This document shows, in pieces, positions 28,606 through 38,635 of a stretch of DNA of 64,000 bases (positions are counted from its first letter, which is position 1; the number at the start of each line of letters is the position of its first letter). A program made the position numbers and the translations under genes. Source of the stretch: Spirochaetia bacterium (GTDB taxonomy: Bacteria; Spirochaetota; Spirochaetia; SZUA-6; Bin103); assembly GCA_965208575.1 (NCBI GenBank), contig CBDBOV010000005.1, positions 512,001-576,000 on the forward strand. The letters are read 5' to 3'. The notes below the pieces were generated by a model, which saw only the letters and a program-made list of their open reading frames with translations, was not told the DNA's origin and did not search any database.

Positions 28606-28903
28606 GTGATGGATGGAAAGCCTTCCGTGAAGTGGAACGGAGGCCTAGCAAGATTAGTGGCGCGTGGGCATTCACGGGAACACGGGTGCCGGTGTATACG
28701 CTGTTCAAGAACCTGAGAGAGGCGCTGGCCAATTGAATCTGCCGTCCGATGAGGCATGTCGGTTATGTTGTGGGAGCGCCTTTCGGCGCATTCGGCGGAT
28801 AGTCTGCCGATTGGCGTGTGGTTCGCCTTCGGACCAGGGACGTCGGCGAGGGCGATTGCGGCCGTGGGTGCTGGTGAGATCATTGAAGTGCCCATTCGGG
28901 TGA
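28606..28903 (+). pseudogene. Collapsed remnant of the DUF433 / PIN-like TA pair
   Basis: Segments match 38408-38952 (e.g. TGGGCATTCACGGGAACACGGGTGCCGGTGTA and GAAGTGCCCATTCGG), with large internal deletions. Confidence 0.8.
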
Positions 28904-28909
28904 AGTGAT

Positions 28910-31900
28910 ATGGCTACGGACACCACCGAACGGGCGCTGGAACGGCTGCTCTGCAGGGCACTGGCGGGCCACCCATGCGATCCGCCGGTCGAGGGCACCG
29001 TCGCAGATCCTCCGGCCGGCTACGGCGGAGTAGGGTGGAGCGGCGGAAGTTTCCATGACTACGACCGCGAATACTGCGTTGACTTGGTACAGTTCGCGGC
29101 GTTCTTGTGGGACACGCAGCCGGAGGCCGCCGAGGCGCTGGGACTGTGGCAGGACAGTCTTCCACGGCGAGCGTTTCTGACACGGCTGCAAGGCGAGGTG
29201 AGCAGGCGCGGCACGATCGATGTGCTGCGCAACGGGGTCAAGCACCGCGCGCTGCACGTCGAGTTGTTCTACGGCACACCGTCGGAGCACAACCGGCAGG
29301 CGCAGGAACGGTACGGGCAGAACCGGTTCACCGTGACCCGGCAGCTTCGCTACAGCCGGGATGAGGCGCAGCGGGCGCTGGACATCGGGTTGTTCATCAA
29401 CGGGTTGCCGGTGTTCACGTTCGAGCTGAAGAACAGCCTCACCAAGCAAACGGCGGATGACGCGGTGTTGCAGTACCAGCAGGATCGCAACCCGCGCGAG
29501 AAGCTGTTCGCGTTCGGGCGCTGCATCGCGCACTTCGCGGTGGACGAGCGCGAGGTGCAGTTCTGCACCCATCTCAAGGGAAAGGCATCGTGGTTCCTAC
29601 CGTTCAATCGCGGCTGGAACGACGGAGCGGGCAACCCGCCCAACCCACACGGGCTGGCGATCGATTACCTGTGGCGCGAGGTGCTGCCGACGGTGAGCGT
29701 GACCAACATCCTGGAGAACTACGCCCAGGTGGTAGAGGAGAAGGACGACAAGACCGGCAAGAAGCGGCGGGCGCAGGTCTGGCCGCGCTACCACCAGCTC
29801 GACGTGGTACGCCGCCTGCTGGCCGACGCCGAATCCCACGGGGCGGGCCGGCGCTACCTGATCCAGCACTCGGCCGGCAGTGGCAAGAGCAATTCCATTG
29901 CTTGGCTGGCGCATCAGCTCATCGGGTTGACCAGAGACGATGCACCGGTGTTCGACTCGATCATCGTGGTCACCGACCGGCGCATCCTCGACCGGCAGAT
30001 CCGCGACACCATCCGGCAGTACGCCCAGGTGTCGGCGACGGTCGGGCACGCCGACCGCTCGGGCGATCTGCGCCGGTTCATCGAGAGCGGCAAGAAGATT
30101 ATCATCTCCACGGTGCAGAAGTTCCCGTTCATCCTCGACGAGATCGGCAACGAGCAGCGCGGGCGCAGCTTCGCGATCATCATCGACGAGGCGCACTCCA
30201 GCCAGGGCGGCCGTACCAGCGCGGCGATGGCGCAGGCGCTGTCGGCGGCCGGCGAGGTGGACGAGGAGGAAACCTACGAGGACCAGATCAACCGCTTGAT
30301 GGAGTCGCGCAAGCTTTTGCCGAACGCCAGTTACTTCGCGTTTACCGCCACCCCCAAGAACAAGACGCTGGAGATCTTCGGTACTCTCGACCCGCAGCCG
30401 GACGGGACGGTGAGGCACTACGCGTTCCACAGCTACACCATGAAGCAGGCGATCCAGGAGGGGTTCATCCTCGACGTGCTCGCCCGCTACACGCCGGTGG
30501 CCAGCTACTACCGGCTGGCCAAGACGGTGGAGGACGACCCGGAGTTCGACGTCAAGAAGGCGCAGAGGAAGCTACGCCGGTTCGTGGAGGGCAGCGACCA
30601 CGCGACCCGCCTCAAGGCCGAGATCATGGTCGACCACTTCCACGACCAGGTGCTGGCGCAGGGCAAGATCGGCGGCGCGGCGCGGGCGATGGTGGTAACC
30701 AACGGCATAGAACGCGCCATCCAGTACTACCACGCCATCAGCGACTACCTGGCCGAGCGCAAGAGCCGCTACCAGGCCCTGGTCGCCTTCTCCGGCGAGC
30801 ACGAGTACGGCGGCGTGAGGCTGACCGAGGCGTCGTTGAACGGTTTGCCGTCAGCGCAGATCGCTGACCGCTTCCAGGAGGATCCGTACCGCTTCCTGGT
30901 GTGCGCGGACAAGTTCCAGACCGGCTACGACGAGCCGCTGCTGCACACCATGTACGTGGACAAGACGCTGTCCGGCATCAAGGCCGTGCAGACCCTGTCG
31001 CGTCTCAACCGGGCGCACCCCAAGAAGCACGACGTGTTCGTACTCGATTTTCTGAACGACGCCGACACCATCCGCGAGGCGTTCGCGGACTTCTACCGGG
31101 CGACGATCCTGGCCGACGAGACCGACCCCAACAAGCTGCACGACCTGCAGGCCGACCTGGACGCTGCCCAGGTCTATTCCGAGGAGCAGGTAGAGGAACT
31201 GGTGCGGCGCTACCTTGGCGGTGCCGAGCGCGACCGGCTCGATCCGATCCTGGATGATTGTGTGGCGGTGTACCTGCGCGAGCTGGACGAGGACGGACAG
31301 GTGGAGTTCAAGGGCAATGCCAAGGCATTCGTCCGCACCTACGGCTTTCTCTCCGCGGTGCTGCCGTACGGCAACCCCGGCTGGGAGAAGCGCTCGATCT
31401 TCCTCAACCTGCTGGTGCCAAAGCTGCCGGCGCCGGAGGAGCCCGACCTTGCCAAGGGGATCCTGGACGCAATCGACCTGGACAGCTACCGGGTGGAGAA
31501 ACAGGCGATGCAGAAGATCCTGCTGCCGGACGAGGACGCCGAGATCGGCCCGGTGCCCACCTCGGCCGGCGGCTCCCGCCCGGAGCCGGAGCTGGACCGG
31601 CTCTCCGTCATCCTGCGCACCTTCAACGAGCACTTCGGCGACATCCGGTGGGAGGACGCCGACCGCGTGCGGCAGCTCATCATCGAGACCATCCCGTCCC
31701 GCGTCGCCGCCGACACCGCGTTCCGCAACGCGCGGCAGAACTCGGACCGCCAGAACGCGCGCATCGAGCACGACAAGGCACTACTCCGCGTGATGACCTC
31801 CGTGATGCGCGACGACACCGAGCTGTTCAAGCAGTTCATGGACAACGACAGCTTCAAGCGCTGGCTCACCGATACCGTGTTCTCGCTTGCCTACGAACCG

Positions 31901-31915
31901 GCGGGCCCGGCCTGA
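28910..31915 (+). CDS. hsdR: Type I RM endonuclease subunit (intact, 1001 aa)
   Basis: LDIGLFINGLPVFTFELKN nuclease motif, QHSAGSGKS, VVTDR, IIDEAHSSQ, AFTATP, KFQTGYDEP, VQTLSRLNR. Confidence 0.95.
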   Translation: MATDTTERALERLLCRALAGHPCDPPVEGTVADPPAGYGGVGWSGGSFHDYDREYCVDLVQFAAFLWDTQPEAAEALGLWQDSLPRRAFLTRLQGEVSRRGTIDVLRNGVKHRALHVELFYGTPSEHNRQAQERYGQNRFTVTRQLRYSRDEAQRALDIGLFINGLPVFTFELKNSLTKQTADDAVLQYQQDRNPREKLFAFGRCIAHFAVDEREVQFCTHLKGKASWFLPFNRGWNDGAGNPPNPHGLAIDYLWREVLPTVSVTNILENYAQVVEEKDDKTGKKRRAQVWPRYHQLDVVRRLLADAESHGAGRRYLIQHSAGSGKSNSIAWLAHQLIGLTRDDAPVFDSIIVVTDRRILDRQIRDTIRQYAQVSATVGHADRSGDLRRFIESGKKIIISTVQKFPFILDEIGNEQRGRSFAIIIDEAHSSQGGRTSAAMAQALSAAGEVDEEETYEDQINRLMESRKLLPNASYFAFTATPKNKTLEIFGTLDPQPDGTVRHYAFHSYTMKQAIQEGFILDVLARYTPVASYYRLAKTVEDDPEFDVKKAQRKLRRFVEGSDHATRLKAEIMVDHFHDQVLAQGKIGGAARAMVVTNGIERAIQYYHAISDYLAERKSRYQALVAFSGEHEYGGVRLTEASLNGLPSAQIADRFQEDPYRFLVCADKFQTGYDEPLLHTMYVDKTLSGIKAVQTLSRLNRAHPKKHDVFVLDFLNDADTIREAFADFYRATILADETDPNKLHDLQADLDAAQVYSEEQVEELVRRYLGGAERDRLDPILDDCVAVYLRELDEDGQVEFKGNAKAFVRTYGFLSAVLPYGNPGWEKRSIFLNLLVPKLPAPEEPDLAKGILDAIDLDSYRVEKQAMQKILLPDEDAEIGPVPTSAGGSRPEPELDRLSVILRTFNEHFGDIRWEDADRVRQLIIETIPSRVAADTAFRNARQNSDRQNARIEHDKALLRVMTSVMRDDTELFKQFMDNDSFKRWLTDTVFSLAYEPAGPA

Positions 31916-32068
31916 ATCGCTGCAGCGGCGCGCCAGACGCTGCCCAGCCTGCCTGGTGTGCGACTCACGGCATCCAACGCAGAGGTGGCGAAGGCCTCCC
32001 CATGGTTTGGTGTTGTGGGCGCGTAGGCCTATACCTGCCTCAGAGTCAATGATTTGGTACGCTTTCGG

Positions 32069-32158
32069 AGTTCGCACCAGTTCGCACCAGTTCGCACCAG
32101 TTCGCACCAGTTCGCACCAGTTCGCACCAGTTCGTACCAGTTCGTACCAGTTCGTACC
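32069..32158. repeat. Tandem repeat of a 10-bp unit, 9 copies (6x AGTTCGCACC then 3x AGTTCGTACC)
   Basis: Counted directly. Head-to-tail with no spacers. Confidence 0.95.
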
Positions 32159-32569
32159 CGAAGACCCTTGACTCCGGCGGCGCCGCCGTGGGATCGTTAG
32201 ACCGGATTTTGCTTGGTGGTATATAGCCGTCGACACGAAGCAGAACTAAGGCGATGAGGTGACTCACCGCCTAAACCAGGAGTTGAAGTTGCGCACAATA
32301 TGTTCGTTGTATCTGATCACGCTATGCGTATGGTCGCTATCTTCAGGCACGAATCAACCTGAGTCTTTCGACGTCTTACCCAGCACCGAGAATCGATCAG
32401 TCGCCCTGACTCTTTTCGATACAAATGGTTCCGTACCGATGACTATTCATCGTCCAGAAGACGCGTCGACAGTCGGTCGTGACGCAGGCACCACGAAGAT
32501 AATTGGCGGATAGCTCGATCTCAGGGTGTCGACGTTGAGCAATCATTCACTCGCTTCCCGTCCGATATC

Positions 32570-33718
32570 GTGTCGCTTCAAGTGTATGACGCTTTCGGAA
32601 AACGATTGAATCAGGCGCCAAGCAACGACGAAACCGACACGATCTATGACTTCTTTTTCGAATTAGAACAGAGTCAGGCTACACCGATCGCATTGTTTTT
32701 CTATGTTGACGCCAACATCGAGACTCAGACATACGACGGCGAGCTCATTGTTGACACGTTTGTCCCGAGCGTTACATGGATCGCAGGATCACACGTCAAG
32801 GATAGTACGACCATCTTGAATGTAGCTATACCAACCGTCGGACAACTATACGCTATCGGTGGACGAGAGATTATAAAAAAGCAGCTTGCTTTGATGGAAT
32901 CCGTTTTGGCGAAGAACGAATATGCATCGGGATTGCTCAACGAAATCGCGGCCCGTATCGACCCGATCCTGATCGGATACGAGCGTCGCGACAAGAGAAA
33001 GTGGCCCACTTTTGTCGATTGCGAAGGATGTCCTCAGATGGTAGTAGTACCATCGGGATCATTTAGCGCTACAGACTCACTTATCGGCAGCGTCAGCGAG
33101 TCTCTCGATAGTTTTGCGATAGGATCGCATGAGGTATCACTTGCGGAATTTGCTGAGTTCGTTCGCGAAACGCAGCACAGTACCAATGCTGATTGTTTTG
33201 GATTTGATGACCAGACCGAAGAGTGGGCGTACGTTTCGACTGCGAATTGGCGGGATCCCGGGTACCGTACTGTGGCCAGCGAGCCTGTAACCTGCATTAG
33301 CTGGGACGATGCCGTCGCGTACGTGGAATGGCTTTCGAGAAAAGCGCGTTTGAAGTATCGGCTTGTCAGCTTCATTGAGTCGATGTACGTGGCGGAGCGC
33401 TATCTGCGGGACGCTCCCCCTGAGACTACGATTGAGGGGCTTGTGAACGACAAAAAGAGACAGAGTTATGAGTGGGTAGTCTGTTCTCATGTTACAGAAA
33501 TTATCGATGACGGCACTGGCCAACGCGTTGCATGCGATGGAGCCGTAGGAATCGAAGTGATCATTCCCGGCACAACCGCCACCTGGATCCCCGGGGATAG
33601 TAGCGGGGCTAATCACGCGCAAGGATTTCGCATTTCTCGCGACTTAGTTCAGGCCGTCGGGGGAAACTGGATGGTGGTCCTGCGGGGGAATGAGACAGTT
33701 GAGCGTATGCGACGGTGA
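32570..33718 (+). CDS. Protein with C-terminal FGE-sulfatase (SUMF1/C-type-lectin-like) domain; the ORF at 32259-32513 may be its detached N-terminus
   Basis: DCEGCPQMVVVPSGSF, FAIGSHEVS, NWRDPG, PVTCISWDDAVAYVEWLS, KYRL, GFRISRDL. Clearly lower GC than the flanks. Confidence 0.72.
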   Translation: MSLQVYDAFGKRLNQAPSNDETDTIYDFFFELEQSQATPIALFFYVDANIETQTYDGELIVDTFVPSVTWIAGSHVKDSTTILNVAIPTVGQLYAIGGREIIKKQLALMESVLAKNEYASGLLNEIAARIDPILIGYERRDKRKWPTFVDCEGCPQMVVVPSGSFSATDSLIGSVSESLDSFAIGSHEVSLAEFAEFVRETQHSTNADCFGFDDQTEEWAYVSTANWRDPGYRTVASEPVTCISWDDAVAYVEWLSRKARLKYRLVSFIESMYVAERYLRDAPPETTIEGLVNDKKRQSYEWVVCSHVTEIIDDGTGQRVACDGAVGIEVIIPGTTATWIPGDSSGANHAQGFRISRDLVQAVGGNWMVVLRGNETVERMRR

Positions 33719-33733
33719 TCGCCGAGCTTTCTC

Positions 33734-34501
33734 GTGACTAGAGGGCCACATGCCCACGTGGGCACACCGGTGGCTATAGGGTCTCTCATCTTGATGGTCG
33801 TGATCGCTGTAGCAGTTGTTTTGGTTAAGGGAAGAACACCAGATAGAGACCTATTTGTTCTAATGGGCATTCCGACGATTCTATATGTAGTTTACTTCGC
33901 CTTTCCGCGGGTTCGAAGGTGGCATGGACGGGTTCACTACTTGGCGATTTGCGCGGCTTTGTTGTGCGGAATAGCCGTCCTGATTTTCGACTATGATGAA
34001 ATTCCGATAGTCGGGTGGATGGGATTCTCCACATTAACACTGATAAGCACAGTAGCGTTCTTCATCTATTTTATACCACTATCGTGGTTGCGCTCTGATA
34101 GCGACCGGTCAGCTGCGTCTGATTTGGCAGAACAACTGCAATCGAGAATCGTGTCAATAAGGGAGCAGTTTGATGGATTTTACAGTTCGATAGCCCAGGA
34201 TGGAAAACGGTTGGATAACATCTTGTTGAGAGTCAGGCAGGAGATGGAGGACCATACGAAGGAATTGCGAGAAGCAGAGAGTGAGTTGACGAGGAATCGG
34301 GCACTAAGCTCCGTGTACAGAAGGTTGGCTGAGATGGCTAGAGATGACGCAGAAGAGATCATATCGGCTATCCAAGGGACAAGCCACATTCGTCAGTATC
34401 TCGTGACATTTTCTATTGGCGTCGCGAGCGGGCTTGTGGTAAGATCGATTCCTAAGGTCGCGTTCATTAGCAATACTATAGCGCTTCTGTCAGGAGGCTA
34501 A
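33734..34501 (+). CDS. Membrane protein: about 4 N-terminal TM helices, coiled coil and C-terminal hydrophobic segment
   Basis: Hydrophobic stretches at aa ~12-118, heptad-like region at aa ~125-205; AT-richer DNA. Confidence 0.65.
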   Translation: MTRGPHAHVGTPVAIGSLILMVVIAVAVVLVKGRTPDRDLFVLMGIPTILYVVYFAFPRVRRWHGRVHYLAICAALLCGIAVLIFDYDEIPIVGWMGFSTLTLISTVAFFIYFIPLSWLRSDSDRSAASDLAEQLQSRIVSIREQFDGFYSSIAQDGKRLDNILLRVRQEMEDHTKELREAESELTRNRALSSVYRRLAEMARDDAEEIISAIQGTSHIRQYLVTFSIGVASGLVVRSIPKVAFISNTIALLSGG

Positions 34502-34583
34502 GCAGATAAGATCAAAGCTCATTGCAGGTTCTATTCCGCGGTCAGCACAGACTGCCCCCGGGTAGGGAACTCGTGTGCATGGT

Positions 34584-34880
34584 CTACCCTACAGAGTTGC
34601 GCGGCCGACCGAGCGCGACTCCGAATCGCTGGTAATACTCGCCGGGTGGTGGCTTCAGCACGATCGTGTTCCTGCCGGTCTTCGCCACTATTCCGGCCTG
34701 AATTATCCACTCCTACAGGAAGCGTTTAGAGCGCATCGCCGCGCCATCCGTAACCCCAATAGGTTCAGCTTCAATGTCGTCAGGTTCCAGGCCAGACCGG
34801 CGATCACACAGTACGCCGGATTCGCCGCGAGGGAGCCGGTCGGTACATGCGCGTCTAACGTACCGTTCCGTATGTGTCCT
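34584..34880 (-). pseudogene. Degenerate IS1380-like transposase C-terminal fragment
   Basis: Manual reading gives HVPTGSLAANPAYCVIAGLAWNL...(frameshift)...MRSKRFL*EWIIQAGIVAKTGRNTIVL, resembling the IS1380 'PxxxfxANxAy...LAyNL...krfr..i.vag.vvrtgR' tail. Confidence 0.5.
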
Positions 34881-34909
34881 GACCTGGCACACCGAACAGT
34901 CGATTGCCC

Positions 34910-35823
34910 TGGCTGCACCCCGGCCTCTTCCACGGCACTCCTTCGGCTCACAAGCCGCAGGCACAGGAACGGTTCGAGCAGAACCGCTTCACCGTCACCC
35001 GCCAGCTTCGCTACAGCGGGGACGTGGCGCAGCGGGCGCTGGACGTCGGGCTGTTGATCAATGGGCTGCCGGTGCTCACGTTCGAGATGAAGAACACCTC
35101 ACCAAGCAGACGGTGGACGACACTTGTCCTGCAGTACCAGCAGGATCGCAACCCGCGCGAGAAGCTCTATTCCAGTTCGGACGCTGCATCGCGCACTTGC
35201 TGTAGACGAAGCGGGAGGTGCAATTCTGCATTCGCCTCGCCGGCAAGGCGTCGTGGTTCCTGCCGTTCAACCGGGGCTGGAACGACGGTGCGGGCAACCC
35301 GTCCAACCCGGACGGACTGGCGATCGACTGCCGGTGGCGGGAGGTGCTGACCCGGCGGAGCCTCACCGACATCCTGGAGAACTACGCCAAGGTGGTGGAG
35401 GCAAAGGACGAGAAGAGCGGCAGGAGGCAGCCGAAGCAGATCTGGCCGCGCTATCACCAGTTCGACGTCGTGCGCCGGCTGCCGGCCGACGCCGGCGAGT
35501 ACGGCGTGGGCAAGTGCTACCTGATCCGGCACTCGGCGGGCTGCGACAAGAGCAACTCCATCGCCTGGCTGGGCCCATCAACTGATCGGGCTGACCAGGG
35601 ACGACGCGCCGGTCTCGACTCGATCATCGTGGTTAGCGACTGGGTGGACCGTCAGATCCGGGACATGATCAGGCAGTACGCGCAGGTGGGGGCGACCGTC
35701 GGGCATGCCGACCGCTCGGGCGATCTGCCCCGGTCCATCGAGAGCGCCAAGACGATCATCATCTCCACGGTCCAGAAGTTTCCGTTCATCCTGGACGAGA
35801 TCGGAAATGAGCAGCGCGGGCGG
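34910..35823 (+). pseudogene. hsdR: Decayed internal fragment of hsdR
   Basis: QERFEQNRFTVTRQLRYS, LDVGLLINGLP, WFLPFNRGWNDGAGNP, RHSAGCDKSNS (Walker A broken), STVQKFPFILDEIGNEQRGR; several frameshifts. Confidence 0.9.
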
Positions 35824-35988
35824 GAGATTGACATCGATGCGAACACCTTTTATGTTGGAGCGCCAAATCCGCAATCGACTATCAGCGAGAATATCCTAAG
35901 AGTCGAAGGCCGGTCCGTGCTCAGGACGTAACACCAAGTCCTATGGGGGAAGCGAGGAACATGACTGCTAACACGTCGGGGGACGACG

Positions 35989-38004
35989 ATGAGACTCACG
36001 CATGTGCGAGTGCAGAACTATCGCTGTGTCCGTGACACAGGGTTGTTCGAGGTCGACCCGGCGAAGACGATTCTGGTAGGGCCGAACGAGGCCGGCAAGA
36101 CTGCGGTTCTTGAGGCTCTCCAGCAGATCAACCCACCCGCTGAAGTGAAGGGATTCGACCCTCTGCGCGACTACCCGCGCAAACTCTACAACGCCGACAT
36201 CCAATCGCAGAAGCGAGATCCCAGCGAGATTCCAATCGCGTCCGCTCAGTTCGCGCTTGAGCCCGACGATCTCGCCGTACTCCCGGACGGATTTGCTGCC
36301 ACGGGGTACCGATGTACCCGATTCCTCAACAACAAGCTAACGCACTGGCTCGAAGGCGGGCCGGAGGTTGTTGTGTTCAGCGAGGAGATTCGGAAGGATC
36401 TGATGCGTCTCGCCGCCCACGTCGACAGCCGTGGCGATGAAGACGGCGAGGCGGGGCTCGCCGTGGGCCTCGAAGAGATCATTACCGACTGGCACGTTGG
36501 GACGACCAAGATCGCCTGTGACCGCGCCGCTGAGCTGCGGCAGTGGCTCGACTCGATCTTGGAGTTCGTCGACGAGAACGATGCGACCCAGGATCAACGC
36601 CACACTCGCCTCCTTCAGTACACGCGGATAACGGAAGAGCGCGACGCCGCCCTCAAGAAGCTCAACAGTCGGATGCCGGTGTTCGTGTACTTCAGTAACT
36701 ATTTTCGCGTTCGTCCCAATCTCCACCTGCGCCGCTTCGCCGATCGCGTCGAGCAGGAGCTCCTTGACGATGACCGCTATGACTATGGCAACCTCTGCCT
36801 GCTCAAACTCCTCGGCTTCGACGCCCGGAGGCTGGCGGACCTCGGAAACGCTCCTGATCCGGGAGACGATGAAGAGGCATTCGACGGCTACCGCAGCCCG
36901 CTCGACGAGCGCGCCATCAAGCTCAACGCTGCCAGCGTTCGCCTAACCGGAGAAATCCGATCAATCTGGAACCCGGACCCTACTCGCGCTGAAGCCGATA
37001 CCGTGCTGATACAAGCCGACGGCCAGTACCTCAAGGTAGTGGTCCAGGACGAACTTGGCGTTCAGATCGAGGTAGACCAGCGCTCCGCAGGGTTTCAGTG
37101 GCTTGTGTCGTTCTTCGTTGTCTTCTTCGCCGAAGCCGAAGACGCTTACACCAATGCCATTCTGCTGCTCGACGAGCCGGGGCTGAGTCTCCATGGCCTC
37201 AAGCAGCGTGAATTCCGCCAGACCCTCTCACGCCTTGCCGAAGGCAACCAGACGATCTACACGACACACTCTCCCTTCTTGGTCGGACCCGAGGAATTGG
37301 ACTTGGTGCGCGTGGTGGAGATGACCGACCGCGACGACGGCACCAAGGTGCATACAAGCGTCACTGCAACCGATCCGGCCGCACTCCTGCCCCTACAGGA
37401 AGCGCTTGGGTACGATCTCGCTCAGAGTCTGTTCGCGCAGCAACGTAACTTGGTTCTGGAGGGCCTGACGGACTTCTGGTATTTCGAGGCGACCGCGCAA
37501 CTGCTACGCGACGCCGACCTAGCCAACCTCAACCAGAAGATCGCTCTGCTCCCTGCGAACACTGCCAGTAAAGTCGTGTACTTCGCCACCATCCTTCATG
37601 CGAACAATCTCAAGGTGGCCGCCCTGTTGGATTCCGACAACGCCGGGGATCAGGCTGCCAAACAGGAGACACTCATGCACACTCTCGGGAACAAGAACAT
37701 TCTCCGGACCCGTGATGTTTGCTCCGGCGCGATTACCAAGTCTGAAATCGAAGATCTGCTGCGCACCACTCTCGTTGGCATCGCTCAGTCGGAGCTTGGT
37801 TGGGACGCCATGGAAGTGTCCTCCAAGCAGCCACGCCGACCGATTGTCGACATCTTTACGGATGAGATAGACCATTTTTCCAAGTACCGACTCGCTAAGG
37901 CCTACCTGCGTTGGACCCGCGATCACAGCGCTGCTGATCTCACCGAAGACGAACGGAAATCATGGGTGGAACTCATCAAGCTAGTGAATCGAGCGCTTAA
38001 GTAG
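35989..38004 (+). CDS. Stand-alone OLD-like ABC ATPase with C-terminal TOPRIM domain
   Basis: VQNYRCV, GPNEAGKT, RSAGFQW, LLLDEPGLSLH, YTTHSPF, TOPRIM VLEGLTD and LLDSDNAG, IEDLL. Confidence 0.85.
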   Translation: MRLTHVRVQNYRCVRDTGLFEVDPAKTILVGPNEAGKTAVLEALQQINPPAEVKGFDPLRDYPRKLYNADIQSQKRDPSEIPIASAQFALEPDDLAVLPDGFAATGYRCTRFLNNKLTHWLEGGPEVVVFSEEIRKDLMRLAAHVDSRGDEDGEAGLAVGLEEIITDWHVGTTKIACDRAAELRQWLDSILEFVDENDATQDQRHTRLLQYTRITEERDAALKKLNSRMPVFVYFSNYFRVRPNLHLRRFADRVEQELLDDDRYDYGNLCLLKLLGFDARRLADLGNAPDPGDDEEAFDGYRSPLDERAIKLNAASVRLTGEIRSIWNPDPTRAEADTVLIQADGQYLKVVVQDELGVQIEVDQRSAGFQWLVSFFVVFFAEAEDAYTNAILLLDEPGLSLHGLKQREFRQTLSRLAEGNQTIYTTHSPFLVGPEELDLVRVVEMTDRDDGTKVHTSVTATDPAALLPLQEALGYDLAQSLFAQQRNLVLEGLTDFWYFEATAQLLRDADLANLNQKIALLPANTASKVVYFATILHANNLKVAALLDSDNAGDQAAKQETLMHTLGNKNILRTRDVCSGAITKSEIEDLLRTTLVGIAQSELGWDAMEVSSKQPRRPIVDIFTDEIDHFSKYRLAKAYLRWTRDHSAADLTEDERKSWVELIKLVNRALK

Positions 38005-38089
38005 GTAGAGTCAGTGAGCAACACTCGACAGTACGGAGTATATAGAAGGAAAGGGCCTGCAATTGCGCTCCTGGCAAGGCGGACACTCG

Positions 38090-38330
38090 GCGCTGGGCGC
38101 TTTCTCAGGCGAGCACGCGCCGGGGGCGAAGAAGAAGAGGTGACCGAGGCGTCACTGAACAGCGTGCCCGCTAAGCAGATCCGCGCGAGGTTCCACGAGA
38201 TTCCTAACGGTTCTTGGCTTTACATGGGCTACGGCGCCCGTTTGCTGCAGGTCCAGGACATGGACGAGACGGACGGACAGACTCTCACCGATGTTGTCGC
38301 GGGCAAGCTCAATGTAGCGAAGGCGGCGCT
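38090..38330 (+). pseudogene. Fused degenerate scraps of hsdR and the hsdS C-terminus
   Basis: TTTCTCAGGCGAGCAC = FSGEH, then VTEASLNS...QI...RFHE and MGYGARLLQ (cf. TGYDEPLLH). These are followed by TLTDVVAGKLNV (cf. RLIVDVVTGKFDV at the hsdS end). Confidence 0.65.
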
Positions 38331-38407
38331 AACTGTCACGAATACGACGTCGCCGTGGGCGCCGAGGAACCGACTGACGAGCGTGCAATCGAACAGGAGA
38401 TAACCGT

Positions 38408-38635
38408 ATGATGGACTGGAGCAACTGCCCGGCGGTGGAACGTAAGCCGGGCAAGATCAGCGGGGCTTGGGCATTCACAGGAACACGGGTACCGGTGTAC
38501 GCGTTGTTCGAGAATCTCGCCGGCGGTGCCACGATCGACGAATTCGTGGAGTGGTTTCCAGGCGTCGAAAAGCAACAGGTGCGTGCAGTACTGGAACATG
38601 AAGCACGGGCGCTGAGAAAGGCGCTGGCCCCTTGA
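38408..38635 (+). CDS. DUF433 family protein (antitoxin-like)
   Basis: DWSNCPAVERKPGKISGAWAFTGTRVPVYALFENL..GATIDEF.EWFP. Confidence 0.85.
   Translation: MMDWSNCPAVERKPGKISGAWAFTGTRVPVYALFENLAGGATIDEFVEWFPGVEKQQVRAVLEHEARALRKALAP

Noticed and set aside
32069-32158. Possible CRISPR array
   Set aside because: The 10-bp units are contiguous with no spacers, and there are no cas genes in the window.
32570-33718. Diversity-generating retroelement target (FGE/CLec fold)
   Set aside because: There is no reverse transcriptase and no template/variable repeat pair in the window. It cannot be excluded for the rest of the genome.
38190-38210. Shared breakpoint hotspot between the IS21 insertion site (FQ|EDP) and the end of the hsdR scrap
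   Set aside because: Degenerate hsdR similarity continues past this point (GYGARLL, DMDET), so the endpoints do not coincide.
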